Source: Escherichia phage BP32
Sequence record: OR906198.1
Reading direction: 5' to 3' (one strand)
Length of the DNA: 64,000 bases
This document shows, in pieces, positions 48,431 through 58,367 of the stretch. The first letter of the stretch is position 1. Each line of letters starts with the position of its first letter. Position numbers and translations under genes: made by a program. Below the pieces are notes generated by a model. The model saw only the letters and a list, made by a program, of their open reading frames with translations, did not search any database and was not told where the DNA came from.

Positions 48431-49029
48431 AATATTCAGCAATGCAATTAAAAGATTTTAAAATCAAATCAATGGATGCATCGGTGCGTGCTTCTATTCG
48501 TGAAGAATTACTTTCTGAAGGATTTAATTTATCTGAAATTGAACTTTTAATTCATTGTATTACTAATAAGCCAGACGATCATTCTTGGTTAAATGAAATA
48601 ATCAAATCTCGTTTGGTTCCAAACGATAAACCTCTTTGGAGAGGTGTTCCAGTTGAGACTAAGCAGGTGTTAAATCAAGGAATTGATATTATTACATTTG
48701 ATAAAGTAGTATCAGCTTCATATGATAAAAATATAGCTCTACATTTTGCTTCTGGATTAGAATACAACACACAAGTTATTTTTGAATTCAAAGCTCCTAT
48801 GGTATTTAATTTCCAGGAGTATGCTATAAAAGCTCTACGTTGTAAAGAATATAGTCCAAGTTTTAAGTTTCCAGATAGCCATCGCTATCGTAATATGGAA
48901 TTAGTTTCAGATGAACAAGAAGTAATGATACCAGCTGGAAGTGTATTTAGAATTGCGGATAGATATGAGTATAAAAAGTATTCAACATACACTATCTATA
49001 CTCTTGACTTTGAAGGATTTAATCTATAA
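48427..49029 (+). CDS. modA: ADP-ribosyltransferase (R-S-ExE type)
   Basis: 200 aa paralog of the preceding gene; motifs LWRG, SASY, DEQEVMIP. Confidence 0.75.
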   Translation: MKYSAMQLKDFKIKSMDASVRASIREELLSEGFNLSEIELLIHCITNKPDDHSWLNEIIKSRLVPNDKPLWRGVPVETKQVLNQGIDIITFDKVVSASYDKNIALHFASGLEYNTQVIFEFKAPMVFNFQEYAIKALRCKEYSPSFKFPDSHRYRNMELVSDEQEVMIPAGSVFRIADRYEYKKYSTYTIYTLDFEGFNL

Positions 49030-49084
49030 TGGAAGGACTTAGATTCATTATACCATGAAAGTTTTAAAGCATTTTCATAAAGTT

Positions 49085-49114
49085 GTTTACAAGCTGAAGT
49101 AAAAATGATATAGT
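49085..49114 (+). promoter_or_regulatory. T4-type early promoter
   Basis: gtttacaagctgaagtaaaaatgatatagt. Confidence 0.65.
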
Positions 49115-49144
49115 ATAAGTAGTTAACCCGTCCGTGAGAAAAAT

Positions 49145-49891
49145 ATGAAACTGACTAATAATCAAATTCGTAAAATTAAACGTCGTCTAGAGCATACTCA
49201 GGCATCTGCTAAAAGACGTTCTAAAGATTTTAACTTAGACTTTAATTACATTAAAAATATTTTAGATCAGAAAGTTTGCGCTTACTCGGGAGAACCTTTT
49301 GATAATCGTATTGAAGGAGAGAAATTATCATTAGAACGTTTTGATAATAACGTTGGATACATTAAAGGGAATGTTATTGCAGTAAAGAAAAAGTATAATA
49401 CATTTCGTTCTGATTATACTTTAGAAGAGTTGATTGAAAAGCGTGATTTATTTGCTTTGCGAATTGGTCGTTCATCTGCGAAAAAAGTTCATAAACTAAA
49501 TTTAGATGAAAAGAAATGGGCTAAAATCAAAAAGACTTATAATCAAATTAAATCTATACAGAAAAAACGTGAAAACCGAATTGAGCACATTTCTCAGCTT
49601 TCTAAATCAAAACAAACTTCTGACGTTAAGCTAACGATTATAGCACTTAAAGCTCGTATTGATGGTTCTCGTATAGCAGAAGGTGCTGAAGTTGTTAAAT
49701 TGAACGTTCTTCTTAAAGGCTCGGATTGGAAAACTGTGAAAAAGTTGTCAGAAGCAGAAATGCAATATGATATGTGTGATAAAATTATTCAAGGTATAGA
49801 GCGGTATCAAAACTTGTCTTTTATTGATAAACTTAAACTGAAAAGAGGATACCCGCTAAATTGTTCAATTTTTAAACTTATCCGAGGATAA
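49145..49891 (+). CDS. hypothetical basic protein (248 aa), Srd position
   Basis: position between modA and dda; identity not verified. Confidence 0.5.
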   Translation: MKLTNNQIRKIKRRLEHTQASAKRRSKDFNLDFNYIKNILDQKVCAYSGEPFDNRIEGEKLSLERFDNNVGYIKGNVIAVKKKYNTFRSDYTLEELIEKRDLFALRIGRSSAKKVHKLNLDEKKWAKIKKTYNQIKSIQKKRENRIEHISQLSKSKQTSDVKLTIIALKARIDGSRIAEGAEVVKLNVLLKGSDWKTVKKLSEAEMQYDMCDKIIQGIERYQNLSFIDKLKLKRGYPLNCSIFKLIRG

Positions 49892-49892
49892 T

Positions 49893-50204
49893 ATGTTTTA
49901 TGTATATGCGATAGTGTATAGAGATAAAGATGGATTTGCGGTGCCTGTTCCTCTTGATGAACATCGCCCTGCTGTATTTTTTGAAAGGGAGATTGCTGAT
50001 AAAGTATTTACAACTCTTAAAGAGCAGTATCAACTAGCTTTAGGTATGGGAATTCCGAGATTAGTTGAGACTCCACGTAAGTTTTGGTTTAATAAAATAG
50101 AAGTTAAACATGTTAAGCCTGATGTAGACACACAAAGATTATATCGGCGAATTTTAGATACTGGGCGTATTGTTAGTATACCAATTGCAGGGAATTTACG
50201 ATGA
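49893..50204 (+). CDS. hypothetical protein (dda.1 position, 103 aa)
   Basis: ORF track; directly upstream of dda. Confidence 0.55.
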   Translation: MFYVYAIVYRDKDGFAVPVPLDEHRPAVFFEREIADKVFTTLKEQYQLALGMGIPRLVETPRKFWFNKIEVKHVKPDVDTQRLYRRILDTGRIVSIPIAGNLR

Positions 50205-51520
50205 CATTTGATGATTTGACCGAAGGCCAGAAAAATGCCTTTAACATTGTTATGAGGGCTATTAAAGAAAAGAAACACCATGTAACTATTAATGGACCTG
50301 CTGGTACTGGTAAGACTACTCTTACTAAGTTCATCATTGAAGCTTTAATATCTACAGGCGAAACTGGAATTATTTTAGCAGCTCCTACACATGCAGCTAA
50401 AAAGATTCTTTCAAAACTATCGGGGAAAGAAGCGAGTACTATTCACAGTATTCTCAAAATTAACCCAGTAACATACGAAGAAAACGTTCTTTTTGAACAA
50501 AAAGAAGTACCGGATTTAGCTAAATGCAGGGTATTAATCTGCGACGAAGTGTCAATGTATGATAGAAAGCTATTTAAAATTCTGCTTTCAACTATCCCGC
50601 CGTGGTGTACTATAATTGGAATAGGCGATAATAAGCAAATTAGACCTGTTGACCCAGGAGAAAACACTGCTTATATCAGTCCGTTCTTTACGCACAAAGA
50701 CTTTTATCAGTGTGAACTCACCGAAGTTAAACGCAGTAATGCTCCTATTATTGATGTAGCTACTGATGTTCGTAACGGTAAGTGGATTTATGATAAAATT
50801 ATTGATGGGCATGGAGTACGTGGATTTACTGGTGATACCGCTTTACGCGATTTTATGGTAAATTATTTTTCAATCGTAAAATCACTAGATGATTTGTTTG
50901 AAAATCGTGTAATGGCATTTACGAATAAATCTGTTGATAAGTTGAATAGCATTATTCGCAAAAAGATTTTTGAAACCGATAAAGATTTTATCGTTGGTGA
51001 AATTATTGTAATGCAGGAACCATTAATTAAAACATATAAAATTGATGGAAAGCCTGTGTCAGAAATTATTTTTAATAACGGACAATTAGTTCGTATTATA
51101 GAAGCAGAGTATACATCAACATTTGTTAAAGCTCGTGGTGTTCCTGGAGAATATCTAATTCGTCATTGGGATTTAACAGTAGAAACTTACGGCGATGATG
51201 AATATTATCGTGAAAAGATTAAAATAATTTCATCTGATGAAGAGCTGTATAAGTTTAACTTATTTTTAGGTAAAACGGCAGAAACTTATAAAAATTGGAA
51301 TAAAGGCGGAAAAGCTCCGTGGAGCGATTTTTGGGATGCTAAATCACAGTTTAGTAAAGTGAAAGCACTTCCTGCGTCAACATTCCATAAAGCTCAGGGC
51401 ATGTCTGTAGATCGTGCTTTCATCTATACACCTTGTATTCATTATGCAGATGCTGAACTAGCACAGCAGCTTCTTTATGTTGGTGTAACACGTGGTCGTT
51501 ATGATGTGTTTTATGTATGA
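50201..51520 (+). CDS. dda: SF1 DNA helicase Dda
   Basis: 439 aa; Walker A GPAGTGKTT; Walker B ICDEVSM. Confidence 0.93.
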   Translation: MTFDDLTEGQKNAFNIVMRAIKEKKHHVTINGPAGTGKTTLTKFIIEALISTGETGIILAAPTHAAKKILSKLSGKEASTIHSILKINPVTYEENVLFEQKEVPDLAKCRVLICDEVSMYDRKLFKILLSTIPPWCTIIGIGDNKQIRPVDPGENTAYISPFFTHKDFYQCELTEVKRSNAPIIDVATDVRNGKWIYDKIIDGHGVRGFTGDTALRDFMVNYFSIVKSLDDLFENRVMAFTNKSVDKLNSIIRKKIFETDKDFIVGEIIVMQEPLIKTYKIDGKPVSEIIFNNGQLVRIIEAEYTSTFVKARGVPGEYLIRHWDLTVETYGDDEYYREKIKIISSDEELYKFNLFLGKTAETYKNWNKGGKAPWSDFWDAKSQFSKVKALPASTFHKAQGMSVDRAFIYTPCIHYADAELAQQLLYVGVTRGRYDVFYV

Positions 51521-51526
51521 TTAAAT

Positions 51527-51787
51527 TTGAGGAAGCTATTCGTGGAAATAACTAAAGACCAGTTTTATCTACTTCAAGATAAAGTGAGCGAAATATATGA
51601 AATAGCTTATAGTAAAAATCGCAAAAACGTGAAAATTGAATCAGGCAAGTTAATGCTTCAATTGGAAGAAATCGAACGAGATTTGATTGCGTTAGAATTC
51701 TTTTGCGGTGAAGTGAAAACTGTCACAATCAGTGATTATGTTTTAGGTGAAATTAGCCATCTTTATAAGGCGATTATTAATGATTGA
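51527..51787 (+). CDS. hypothetical protein (86 aa), paralog of next ORF
   Basis: similar LEEI..D...F motif to the downstream ORF. Confidence 0.5.
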   Translation: MRKLFVEITKDQFYLLQDKVSEIYEIAYSKNRKNVKIESGKLMLQLEEIERDLIALEFFCGEVKTVTISDYVLGEISHLYKAIIND

Positions 51788-52022
51788 ATTAAGTTTACAT
51801 CAGTTTAAATCTCTTATGACAAATGTTAAAGCTGTCATTGAGGAAAATCCAGGACCTGATAATGTTACTATTCGCGAAAAAGCTTCAAAGATAGTATACA
51901 GTCTTGAAGAGATACAAAAAGATATTGAATCTATGGCAAAATTTATTGATGAGCCCATTAATAAAGTTTATATCCAAGATTATACTGTAGGTCAAATTCG
52001 CGATTTAGCAAGGAAAATTTAA
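51780..52022 (+). CDS. hypothetical protein (80 aa), paralog of previous ORF
   Basis: AAGG RBS before ATG 51780. Confidence 0.5.
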   Translation: MIELSLHQFKSLMTNVKAVIEENPGPDNVTIREKASKIVYSLEEIQKDIESMAKFIDEPINKVYIQDYTVGQIRDLARKI

Positions 52023-52705
52023 TGTTTGATTTTATTATAGATTTTGAAACAATGGGAAGTGGTGAAAAGGCAGCTGTTATTGATTTGGCTGTTATTGCCT
52101 TTGACCCTAATCCAGAAGTAGTTGAAACATTCGATGAATTAGTTTCGCGCGGCATTAAAATCAAATTTGATTTAAAAAGTCAAAAAGGACATCGTCTTTT
52201 TACTAAAAGCACTATCGAATGGTGGAAAAATCAGTCTCCTGAAGCTCGAAAAAATATTGCACCGTCAGATGAAGATGTAAGCACTATCGATGGTATTGTA
52301 AAATTTAATGATTACATCAATGCACATAACATCGATCCTTGGAAATCTCAAGGCTGGTGCCGTGGAATGTCGTTTGATTTTCCAATTTTAGTCGATCTCA
52401 TTCGCGATATTCAACGTCTTAATGGCGTTTCTGAGAATGAACTTGACACATTTAAGTTAGAACCGTGTAAATTCTGGAATCAGCGTGATATTCGTACCAG
52501 AATTGAAGCACTTCTCCTTGTTCGTGATATGACCACGTGTCCTCTTCCAAAAGGAACTTTAGATGGATTCGTTGCACATGATTCTATTCATGACTGTGCG
52601 AAAGACATCCTGATGATGAAGTATGCTTTGCGATATGCTATGGGTCTTGAAGATGCTCCGTCAGAGGAAGAGTGCGATCCTCTATCTCTTCCAACAAAAC
52701 GATAA
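52022..52705 (+). CDS. dexA: exonuclease A (DnaQ-like 3-5 exonuclease)
   Basis: 227 aa; DFET motif; sequence recognised. Confidence 0.9.
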   Translation: MFDFIIDFETMGSGEKAAVIDLAVIAFDPNPEVVETFDELVSRGIKIKFDLKSQKGHRLFTKSTIEWWKNQSPEARKNIAPSDEDVSTIDGIVKFNDYINAHNIDPWKSQGWCRGMSFDFPILVDLIRDIQRLNGVSENELDTFKLEPCKFWNQRDIRTRIEALLLVRDMTTCPLPKGTLDGFVAHDSIHDCAKDILMMKYALRYAMGLEDAPSEEECDPLSLPTKR

Positions 52706-52711
52706 AAAGTT

Positions 52712-52741
52712 GTTTACTTCCTCGGTTAGTTGTGGTATTAT
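52712..52741 (+). promoter_or_regulatory. T4-type early promoter
   Basis: gtttacttcctcggttagttgtggtattat. Confidence 0.7.
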
Positions 52742-52768
52742 AACACCATAGCTACTGAGGATAATAAA

Positions 52769-53269
52769 ATGAAAATTTATCGTGTTGAATCATCTTTTAG
52801 TATTCTTAATTGTGAAGATGCTATAACAATACGTCGAAATCTTTGTGTTCAAATAACGCCATACAGGAGTATAATAGATTCATGGAGCGAAGAGTGGTTA
52901 TTACACGTAGGTTATGACAGACCTAATTTTATGCATCATAGCGATGATAATAAAAGAATTCCTTTACCACACGAAGATAAACTATTAGTTAAAAACGCTA
53001 ATATAGTAATTAATACTAAGTTCAAGAAAGATTATGTTGGAGTAGAATATCATATTCCAGGATGGTTTATAGCTCTTTATCATTTTGCTTTCGCTAGTGA
53101 ATATGATATGATGAGATGGTTCACACGAGAAGAGCGGGAAGAATTATCTTCTAAAGGATTTTATCTCGCTGTATACGAAGTTTCTGAAGATGAAGTTATC
53201 ATTGGCGGGCACCAAGTAATGTTCCGCAAATCGCATGCTGAACTCATAGATTTTATTGAAATGAGATAA
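52769..53269 (+). CDS. hypothetical protein (166 aa; motB.2 position)
   Basis: GAGGA RBS. Confidence 0.55.
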   Translation: MKIYRVESSFSILNCEDAITIRRNLCVQITPYRSIIDSWSEEWLLHVGYDRPNFMHHSDDNKRIPLPHEDKLLVKNANIVINTKFKKDYVGVEYHIPGWFIALYHFAFASEYDMMRWFTREEREELSSKGFYLAVYEVSEDEVIIGGHQVMFRKSHAELIDFIEMR

Positions 53270-53271
53270 TT

Positions 53272-53814
53272 ATGAAATTTAATTATAATCCTGAATACAT
53301 ACCAAATCCGGTAGCTAAACTGATTGATTTTGATGTTGTAAGCACTTATGTATGCCCTGTTAAACCACTGGAAATTAAGGAACCTACTATGACTACCGCT
53401 ATTGAAATCGGCAAAACCTACAAACTGGTTGAACCTGAAATTAAAACTAATGCCTTGATTTCCGGCCATAAAACTCTGACTGATGTTTTTGGCGAAGGCG
53501 AATTTACTGTTGAAGACTTTGAAAAAAGTAAATGGTTTACTAAATCTTATATTGTACACGGTCGTCGTTTAGACAATAACAAAATAGAGAAAATCCTGGT
53601 TTATGAAGCAGAGTTCATCCTGTTCCAAGAAGTTGAAGAACAAGACCCTACAGACCTTCTAACTCGTGCGGTAGCTATCAAGACTCCATTTATTTCAGTC
53701 TGTGGTTGGGTAACAGACCAGTGGATTGAAGATGGTGTTGAACTTCTGAACGTTGTTCATGCAGGTGATTTTAGTGTAGTACCTCGTAGTGCGGTGGTAG
53801 CTATTTTGAATTAA
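53272..53814 (+). CDS. MotB-like paralog (180 aa)
   Basis: C-terminal VTDQWIEDGVELLNVV resembles ITDQWVEDGVKLYNVV of the next gene. Confidence 0.55.
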   Translation: MKFNYNPEYIPNPVAKLIDFDVVSTYVCPVKPLEIKEPTMTTAIEIGKTYKLVEPEIKTNALISGHKTLTDVFGEGEFTVEDFEKSKWFTKSYIVHGRRLDNNKIEKILVYEAEFILFQEVEEQDPTDLLTRAVAIKTPFISVCGWVTDQWIEDGVELLNVVHAGDFSVVPRSAVVAILN

Positions 53815-53816
53815 TA

Positions 53817-53846
53817 GTTTACAAACTCTTGGGACCAGAGTATAAT
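53817..53846 (+). promoter_or_regulatory. T4-type early promoter with inverted repeat around the -10
   Basis: gtttac...tataat; ggacc/ggtcc flank the -10. Confidence 0.65.
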
Positions 53847-53890
53847 GGTCCTGTGGAGTATAAAATCTTTTTAACAAGTGAGAGATAACT

Positions 53891-54379
53891 ATGATTATTA
53901 ATATTGGTGAAATTGCTCGTGTATCTGATAAATCCCGTTCTAAAGCAGCAGGAAAATTGGTTGAAATTGTAAGCATTCAGCTTAAACGTGGTGTTAAAGA
54001 CGAAGATTCTGAAGTAAAAGTGCGTATCATTCCTAAAGATGGAAAGTCTAAACCTCAGTTTGGCTATGTTCGTGCGAAATTTCTTGAATCTGCGTTTTTG
54101 AAAGCTGTTCCTGCTAAAGGAATTGAAACGATTGATACTTCGCATGTAGGTGTAGACTTTAAGTGGAAACTCGGTCAGGCTATTAAGTTCATTGCTCCCT
54201 GTGAATTTAAATTTATCAAAGATGATGGTGTGGCTGTTTATACTCGCGCTATGTGCGCATACATTACCGATCAGTGGGTAGAAGACGGTGTTAAGCTGTA
54301 TAATGTGGTATTTTTAGGAACATACAAAGTCATTCCTGAAAGCTGGATTAAACACTATAGCAAAGCTCTCTATGCATAA
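53891..54379 (+). CDS. motB: MotB (modifier of transcription)
   Basis: 162 aa as recalled for T4 MotB; position between dexA and the gene 39 region. Confidence 0.6.
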   Translation: MIINIGEIARVSDKSRSKAAGKLVEIVSIQLKRGVKDEDSEVKVRIIPKDGKSKPQFGYVRAKFLESAFLKAVPAKGIETIDTSHVGVDFKWKLGQAIKFIAPCEFKFIKDDGVAVYTRAMCAYITDQWVEDGVKLYNVVFLGTYKVIPESWIKHYSKALYA

Positions 54380-54404
54380 AGTTTAAAATTTTTTCATAAA
54401 ACTA

Positions 54405-54433
54405 TATACATCAGTAGTTGATTATGGTACTAT
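54405..54433 (+). promoter_or_regulatory. early-promoter-like element inside an 11 bp perfect inverted repeat
   Basis: cagtagttgat-tatggtactatatcaat-atcaactactg; -35 is the variant TATACA. Confidence 0.5.
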
Positions 54434-54476
54434 ATCAATATCAACTACTGATACAGAAAACAACTTGGAGAATAAA

Positions 54477-54746
54477 ATGGAAAACTTAATTATCATCGAA
54501 CAATCTTTCAACGATTATGGTATGGCTTACGGTTATCGTGCGATAATGGAAGATTCTCGTGGATGTGTTATCGATATTGCTGAATGTAAAGATTTACTGC
54601 AGCTTTTGAAGATTGTTCGTAAAAATTGGGATTGTGAAAACATTAAAGTTCGTGTTGTAACGGAAGAAGAAACTGTTTTTCATGATGTAAAATTTGCCAA
54701 AGGTGCTGCTACTATTCTGAAACGCATCGCTCCACTGTTCAATTAA
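54477..54746 (+). CDS. hypothetical protein (89 aa)
   Basis: GGAGA RBS. Confidence 0.55.
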   Translation: MENLIIIEQSFNDYGMAYGYRAIMEDSRGCVIDIAECKDLLQLLKIVRKNWDCENIKVRVVTEEETVFHDVKFAKGAATILKRIAPLFN

Positions 54747-54759
54747 TGAGGAAATTGTA

Positions 54760-54975
54760 ATGAAACGTAAAACTGTTCAGAATTGCACTAATGACGAATT
54801 TGAAGATGTATTATTTGATCCAGATTTGGTAGTGGTTCAAAAGGAACATACTGTTAAGTTTACTCACTTGACTTCGGTTTATGTGTATGAAAAGGTTGGT
54901 GATAAACAACCAATTTACGGTGTATTTCGTGAAATTACTGAAGATGGCACAACTTACTGGAAGGAAATTTATTAA
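54760..54975 (+). CDS. hypothetical protein (71 aa; Cef position)
   Basis: GAGGAAA RBS; size matches my recollection of T4 Cef; not verified. Confidence 0.45.
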   Translation: MKRKTVQNCTNDEFEDVLFDPDLVVVQKEHTVKFTHLTSVYVYEKVGDKQPIYGVFREITEDGTTYWKEIY

Positions 54976-55394
54976 TGGCTATTAAATTTGAAGTTAATAA
55001 ATGGTATCAATTTAAAAATAAACAAGCTCAAGAAAATTTTATTAAAGACCATACTGATAACGGAATCTATGCACGACGTTTAGGTATAGAACCTTTTAAA
55101 ATTTTAGATGTTGACTATTACGGGCGTCCTACTAAAATTGTGACATCTACTGGCACAATTGGATATTCAACATGTGGTACAGTCATTGACGAAAACTTTA
55201 TCTGGCTCTCTACTAACGAAGCTGAGTTCTTTGATGAAGTTGAAAATCCATACCAGGCTGCTGAAGAACAAGAGCAGGAAGAGCAAGAACAAATAGAAGA
55301 TTTCACAGAATTCCCGGTAATGAAAGTTACTATTGAAAATAATGAACAGGCATGGTCCTTGTATCAGATGTTGAAAGCACACTTTAAGGAATAA
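54975..55394 (+). CDS. hypothetical protein with acidic EQ-repeat (139 aa; GoF position)
   Basis: ATG overlaps upstream stop; [10 protein letters not shown] low-complexity segment. Confidence 0.5.
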   Translation: MAIKFEVNKWYQFKNKQAQENFIKDHTDNGIYARRLGIEPFKILDVDYYGRPTKIVTSTGTIGYSTCGTVIDENFIWLSTNEAEFFDEVENPYQAAEEQEQEEQEQIEDFTEFPVMKVTIENNEQAWSLYQMLKAHFKE

Positions 55395-55396
55395 TT

Positions 55397-55573
55397 ATGC
55401 CAATGTATGATTATAAATGCCAATCCGAAGATTGTGGGCATGAATATGAAAAAATTAAAAAGATTTCTGAACGAGAAAATGATGTTTGCCCTAAATGTCA
55501 TCGTTTGTCTACTCGTCGGCCTTCTGCTCCTAAGCATGTGAATGGTGGATTTTACGACTTACTTAAAGGGTAA
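55397..55573 (+). CDS. small zinc-ribbon protein (58 aa)
   Basis: two CxxC pairs (CQSEDCG ... CPKC); AAGGA RBS. Confidence 0.45.
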   Translation: MPMYDYKCQSEDCGHEYEKIKKISERENDVCPKCHRLSTRRPSAPKHVNGGFYDLLKG

Positions 55574-55575
55574 TT

Positions 55576-55947
55576 ATGTTTAAAATCGGTAAGAAATATC
55601 GTGTTCGCGAAGGTGAAGAAAAGAAATATCTACTTTCTTCTATTTATAGGAATAGTTCTATTAATACTGTAATATCTACAAGCGAATTTATCGTTGAAGA
55701 TATGAAAGGTCATAATGTTACAATGATTAGTACAGCATCTGGAAATGATGGAAAAATTCTTCACAGCTTTCAGAGTAATGTTCTAATTTATGATGAAGAA
55801 TTTGACTTCTTCGAAGAAGTTACAGAAGATTTTGATTTTGGATGCACCATCACTATGAAATCTGGTGACCCTCTTTCATTTACGGTTAAAGATGAAAGAA
55901 GTCGCTTGAGAATTATTAGTCTTCTTCAAGCCATTAAATTTGAGTGA
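55576..55947 (+). CDS. hypothetical protein (123 aa)
   Basis: ORF track. Confidence 0.55.
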   Translation: MFKIGKKYRVREGEEKKYLLSSIYRNSSINTVISTSEFIVEDMKGHNVTMISTASGNDGKILHSFQSNVLIYDEEFDFFEEVTEDFDFGCTITMKSGDPLSFTVKDERSRLRIISLLQAIKFE

Positions 55948-55951
55948 AATT

Positions 55952-56212
55952 ATGAAATATGTTAATCGTTCTATCGCGGCATTAGTATTAGCAGTATCTT
56001 TAGTAGGATGTACTGATGCTGATAATGCAACCAAAGTTTTGTCTTCAAGTGGGTTTACTAATATTGAAATCACTGGATACAATTGGTTTGGTTGCTCTGA
56101 AAATGATTTCCAACACACTGGATTTCGTGCTATTGGACCTACTGGGCAGAAAGTAGAAGGAACCGTGTGTTCTGGTCTATTCTTCAAGGATTCGACTATC
56201 CGTTTTAAATAA
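55952..56212 (+). CDS. predicted lipoprotein (86 aa)
   Basis: signal peptide with lipobox LVGC. Confidence 0.55.
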   Translation: MKYVNRSIAALVLAVSLVGCTDADNATKVLSSSGFTNIEITGYNWFGCSENDFQHTGFRAIGPTGQKVEGTVCSGLFFKDSTIRFK

Positions 56213-56229
56213 AAGGCCTTCGGGCCTTT
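56213..56229 (+). terminator. terminator-like hairpin (GCCTTCGGGC)
   Basis: aaggcc-ttcg-ggcctt followed by ttt. Confidence 0.55.
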
Positions 56230-56281
56230 AGCTTTATGATTACTGGAGTATAATATTCCCGAAACCAAACGAGGATAAGTG

Positions 56282-58099
56282 ATGATTAAGAATGAAATTA
56301 AAATTCTGAGCGATATTGAACATATCAAAAAGCGTAGCGGCATGTACATTGGCTCTTCCGCTAATGAAATGCATGAGCGCTTTCTGTTTGGTAAATGGGA
56401 AAGTGTTCAGTATGTACCTGGTCTTGTTAAGCTTATTGATGAAATTATTGATAACTCAGTAGATGAAGGTATTCGTACTAAGTTTAAATTCGCAAATAAA
56501 ATTAATGTTACTATCAAAAACAATCAAGTAACAGTTGAAGATAACGGTCGTGGTATTCCACAAGCGATGGTTAAAACACCTACTGGTGAAGAAATTCCTG
56601 GTCCAGTTGCTGCCTGGACTATTCCAAAAGCAGGTGGTAACTTTGGTGATGATAAAGAACGCGTCACCGGTGGTATGAATGGTGTTGGTTCTAGTTTAAC
56701 TAACATTTTTTCTGTGATGTTTGTCGGTGAAACCGGCGATGGTCAAAATAATATTGTAGTTCGTTGTTCAAATGGCATGGAAAATAAATCGTGGGAAACT
56801 ATTCCTGGAAAATGGAAAGGAACTCGCGTTACTTTCATTCCCGATTTTATGTCATTTGAAACTAATGAGCTATCTCAGGTTTATCTTGACATTACACTAG
56901 ATCGTCTCCAGACACTTGCGGTAGTTTATCCTGATATTCAATTTACCTTTAACGGTAAAAAGGTTCAGGGTAATTTTAAGAAATATGCACGCCAATATGA
57001 TGAACACGCTATCGTTCAAGAACAAGAAAATTGTTCTATTGCGGTTGGTCGTTCACCTGATGGTTTTCGTCAATTAACATACGTCAATAACATTCATACT
57101 AAGAATGGTGGCCATCACATTGACTGCGTTATGGATGATATTTGTGAAGACCTTATTCCACAAATCAAACGTAAATTCAAAATTGATGTAACTAAAGCAC
57201 GTGTCAAAGAATGTTTGACTATCGTTATGTTTGTTCGTGATATGAAAAACATGCGATTTGATTCTCAAACTAAAGAGCGTCTGACTTCTCCATTTGGTGA
57301 AATCCGTAGTCATATTCAGCTTGATGCTAAAAAGATTTCACGTGCTATTTTGAATAATGAAGCAATTTTAATGCCAATCATTGAAGCTGCCTTGGCTCGT
57401 AAATTGGCGGCAGAAAAAGCAGCAGAAACTAAAGCAGCTAAAAAGGCCTCTAAAGCTAAGGTTCATAAACACATTAAAGCGAATCTTTGCGGTAAAGATG
57501 CTGACACTACTCTTTTCTTGACTGAGGGTGATTCTGCTATCGGATATCTTATTGATGTTCGTGATAAAGAACTTCATGGTGGTTATCCATTACGCGGTAA
57601 AGTTCTTAACAGCTGGGGTATGTCATATGCTGATATGCTTAAAAACAAAGAACTGTTTGATATTTGCGCAATCACTGGATTAGTTCTTGGCGAAAAAGCT
57701 GAAAACTTGAATTATCATAATATTGCTATTATGACCGATGCTGATCATGATGGTCTAGGAAGCATTTATCCTTCTCTGCTCGGATTTTTTAGTAATTGGC
57801 CAGAACTGTTTGAACAAGGAAGAATTCGCTTTGTCAAAACTCCTGTAATCATCGCTCAGGTCGGTAAAAAACAAGAATGGTTTTATACAGTCGCTGAATA
57901 TGAGAGTGCCAAAGATGCTCTACCTAAACATAGCATCCGTTATATTAAGGGGCTTGGCTCTTTGGAAAAATCTGAATATCGCGAGATGATTCAAAACCCA
58001 GTATATGATGTTGTTAAACTTCCTGAGAATTGGAAAGAGCTTTTTGAAATGCTCATGGGAGATAATGCTGACCTTCGTAAAGAATGGATGAGCCAGTAG
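56282..58099 (+). CDS. 39: DNA topoisomerase II large (GyrB-like) subunit, uninterrupted
   Basis: 605 aa; ATPase and Toprim domains (TDADHDG); C-terminal region matches what T4 encodes separately as gp60. Confidence 0.95.
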   Translation: MIKNEIKILSDIEHIKKRSGMYIGSSANEMHERFLFGKWESVQYVPGLVKLIDEIIDNSVDEGIRTKFKFANKINVTIKNNQVTVEDNGRGIPQAMVKTPTGEEIPGPVAAWTIPKAGGNFGDDKERVTGGMNGVGSSLTNIFSVMFVGETGDGQNNIVVRCSNGMENKSWETIPGKWKGTRVTFIPDFMSFETNELSQVYLDITLDRLQTLAVVYPDIQFTFNGKKVQGNFKKYARQYDEHAIVQEQENCSIAVGRSPDGFRQLTYVNNIHTKNGGHHIDCVMDDICEDLIPQIKRKFKIDVTKARVKECLTIVMFVRDMKNMRFDSQTKERLTSPFGEIRSHIQLDAKKISRAILNNEAILMPIIEAALARKLAAEKAAETKAAKKASKAKVHKHIKANLCGKDADTTLFLTEGDSAIGYLIDVRDKELHGGYPLRGKVLNSWGMSYADMLKNKELFDICAITGLVLGEKAENLNYHNIAIMTDADHDGLGSIYPSLLGFFSNWPELFEQGRIRFVKTPVIIAQVGKKQEWFYTVAEYESAKDALPKHSIRYIKGLGSLEKSEYREMIQNPVYDVVKLPENWKELFEMLMGDNADLRKEWMSQ

Positions 58100-58128
58100 T
58101 TTACTTTACCACAAGGATGTGGTATAAT
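58099..58128 (+). promoter_or_regulatory. T4-type early promoter
   Basis: gtttactttaccacaaggatgtggtataat; one mismatch from the copy at 12896. Confidence 0.7.
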
Positions 58129-58153
58129 TAATTGGGCAAATGAGGATATTGAA

Positions 58154-58357
58154 ATGAAATCATATAGAGTAAATTTAGAACTTTTTGATAAAGCAGTTCA
58201 TCGAGAATATAGAATCATTCAACGCTTTTTCGATATGGGAGAAGCCGAAGAGTTTAAAAACCGCTTTAAGGATATTAGAGATAAAATTCAATCTGACACC
58301 GCAACTAAAGATGAACTACTAGAAGTTGCTGAAGTTATTAAACGCAATATGAATTAA
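58154..58357 (+). CDS. hypothetical protein (rIIA.1 position, 67 aa)
   Basis: GAGGA RBS. Confidence 0.55.
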   Translation: MKSYRVNLELFDKAVHREYRIIQRFFDMGEAEEFKNRFKDIRDKIQSDTATKDELLEVAEVIKRNMN

Positions 58358-58367
58358 TGAGGAAATT

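Noticed and set aside
49145-49891. Possible HNH endonuclease motif in the Srd-position protein (CAYSGEPF...ERFDNNVGYIKGNV...N)
   Set aside because: The spacing and residues only loosely resemble an HNH core (no clear His-Asn-His triad), so it is left as hypothetical.
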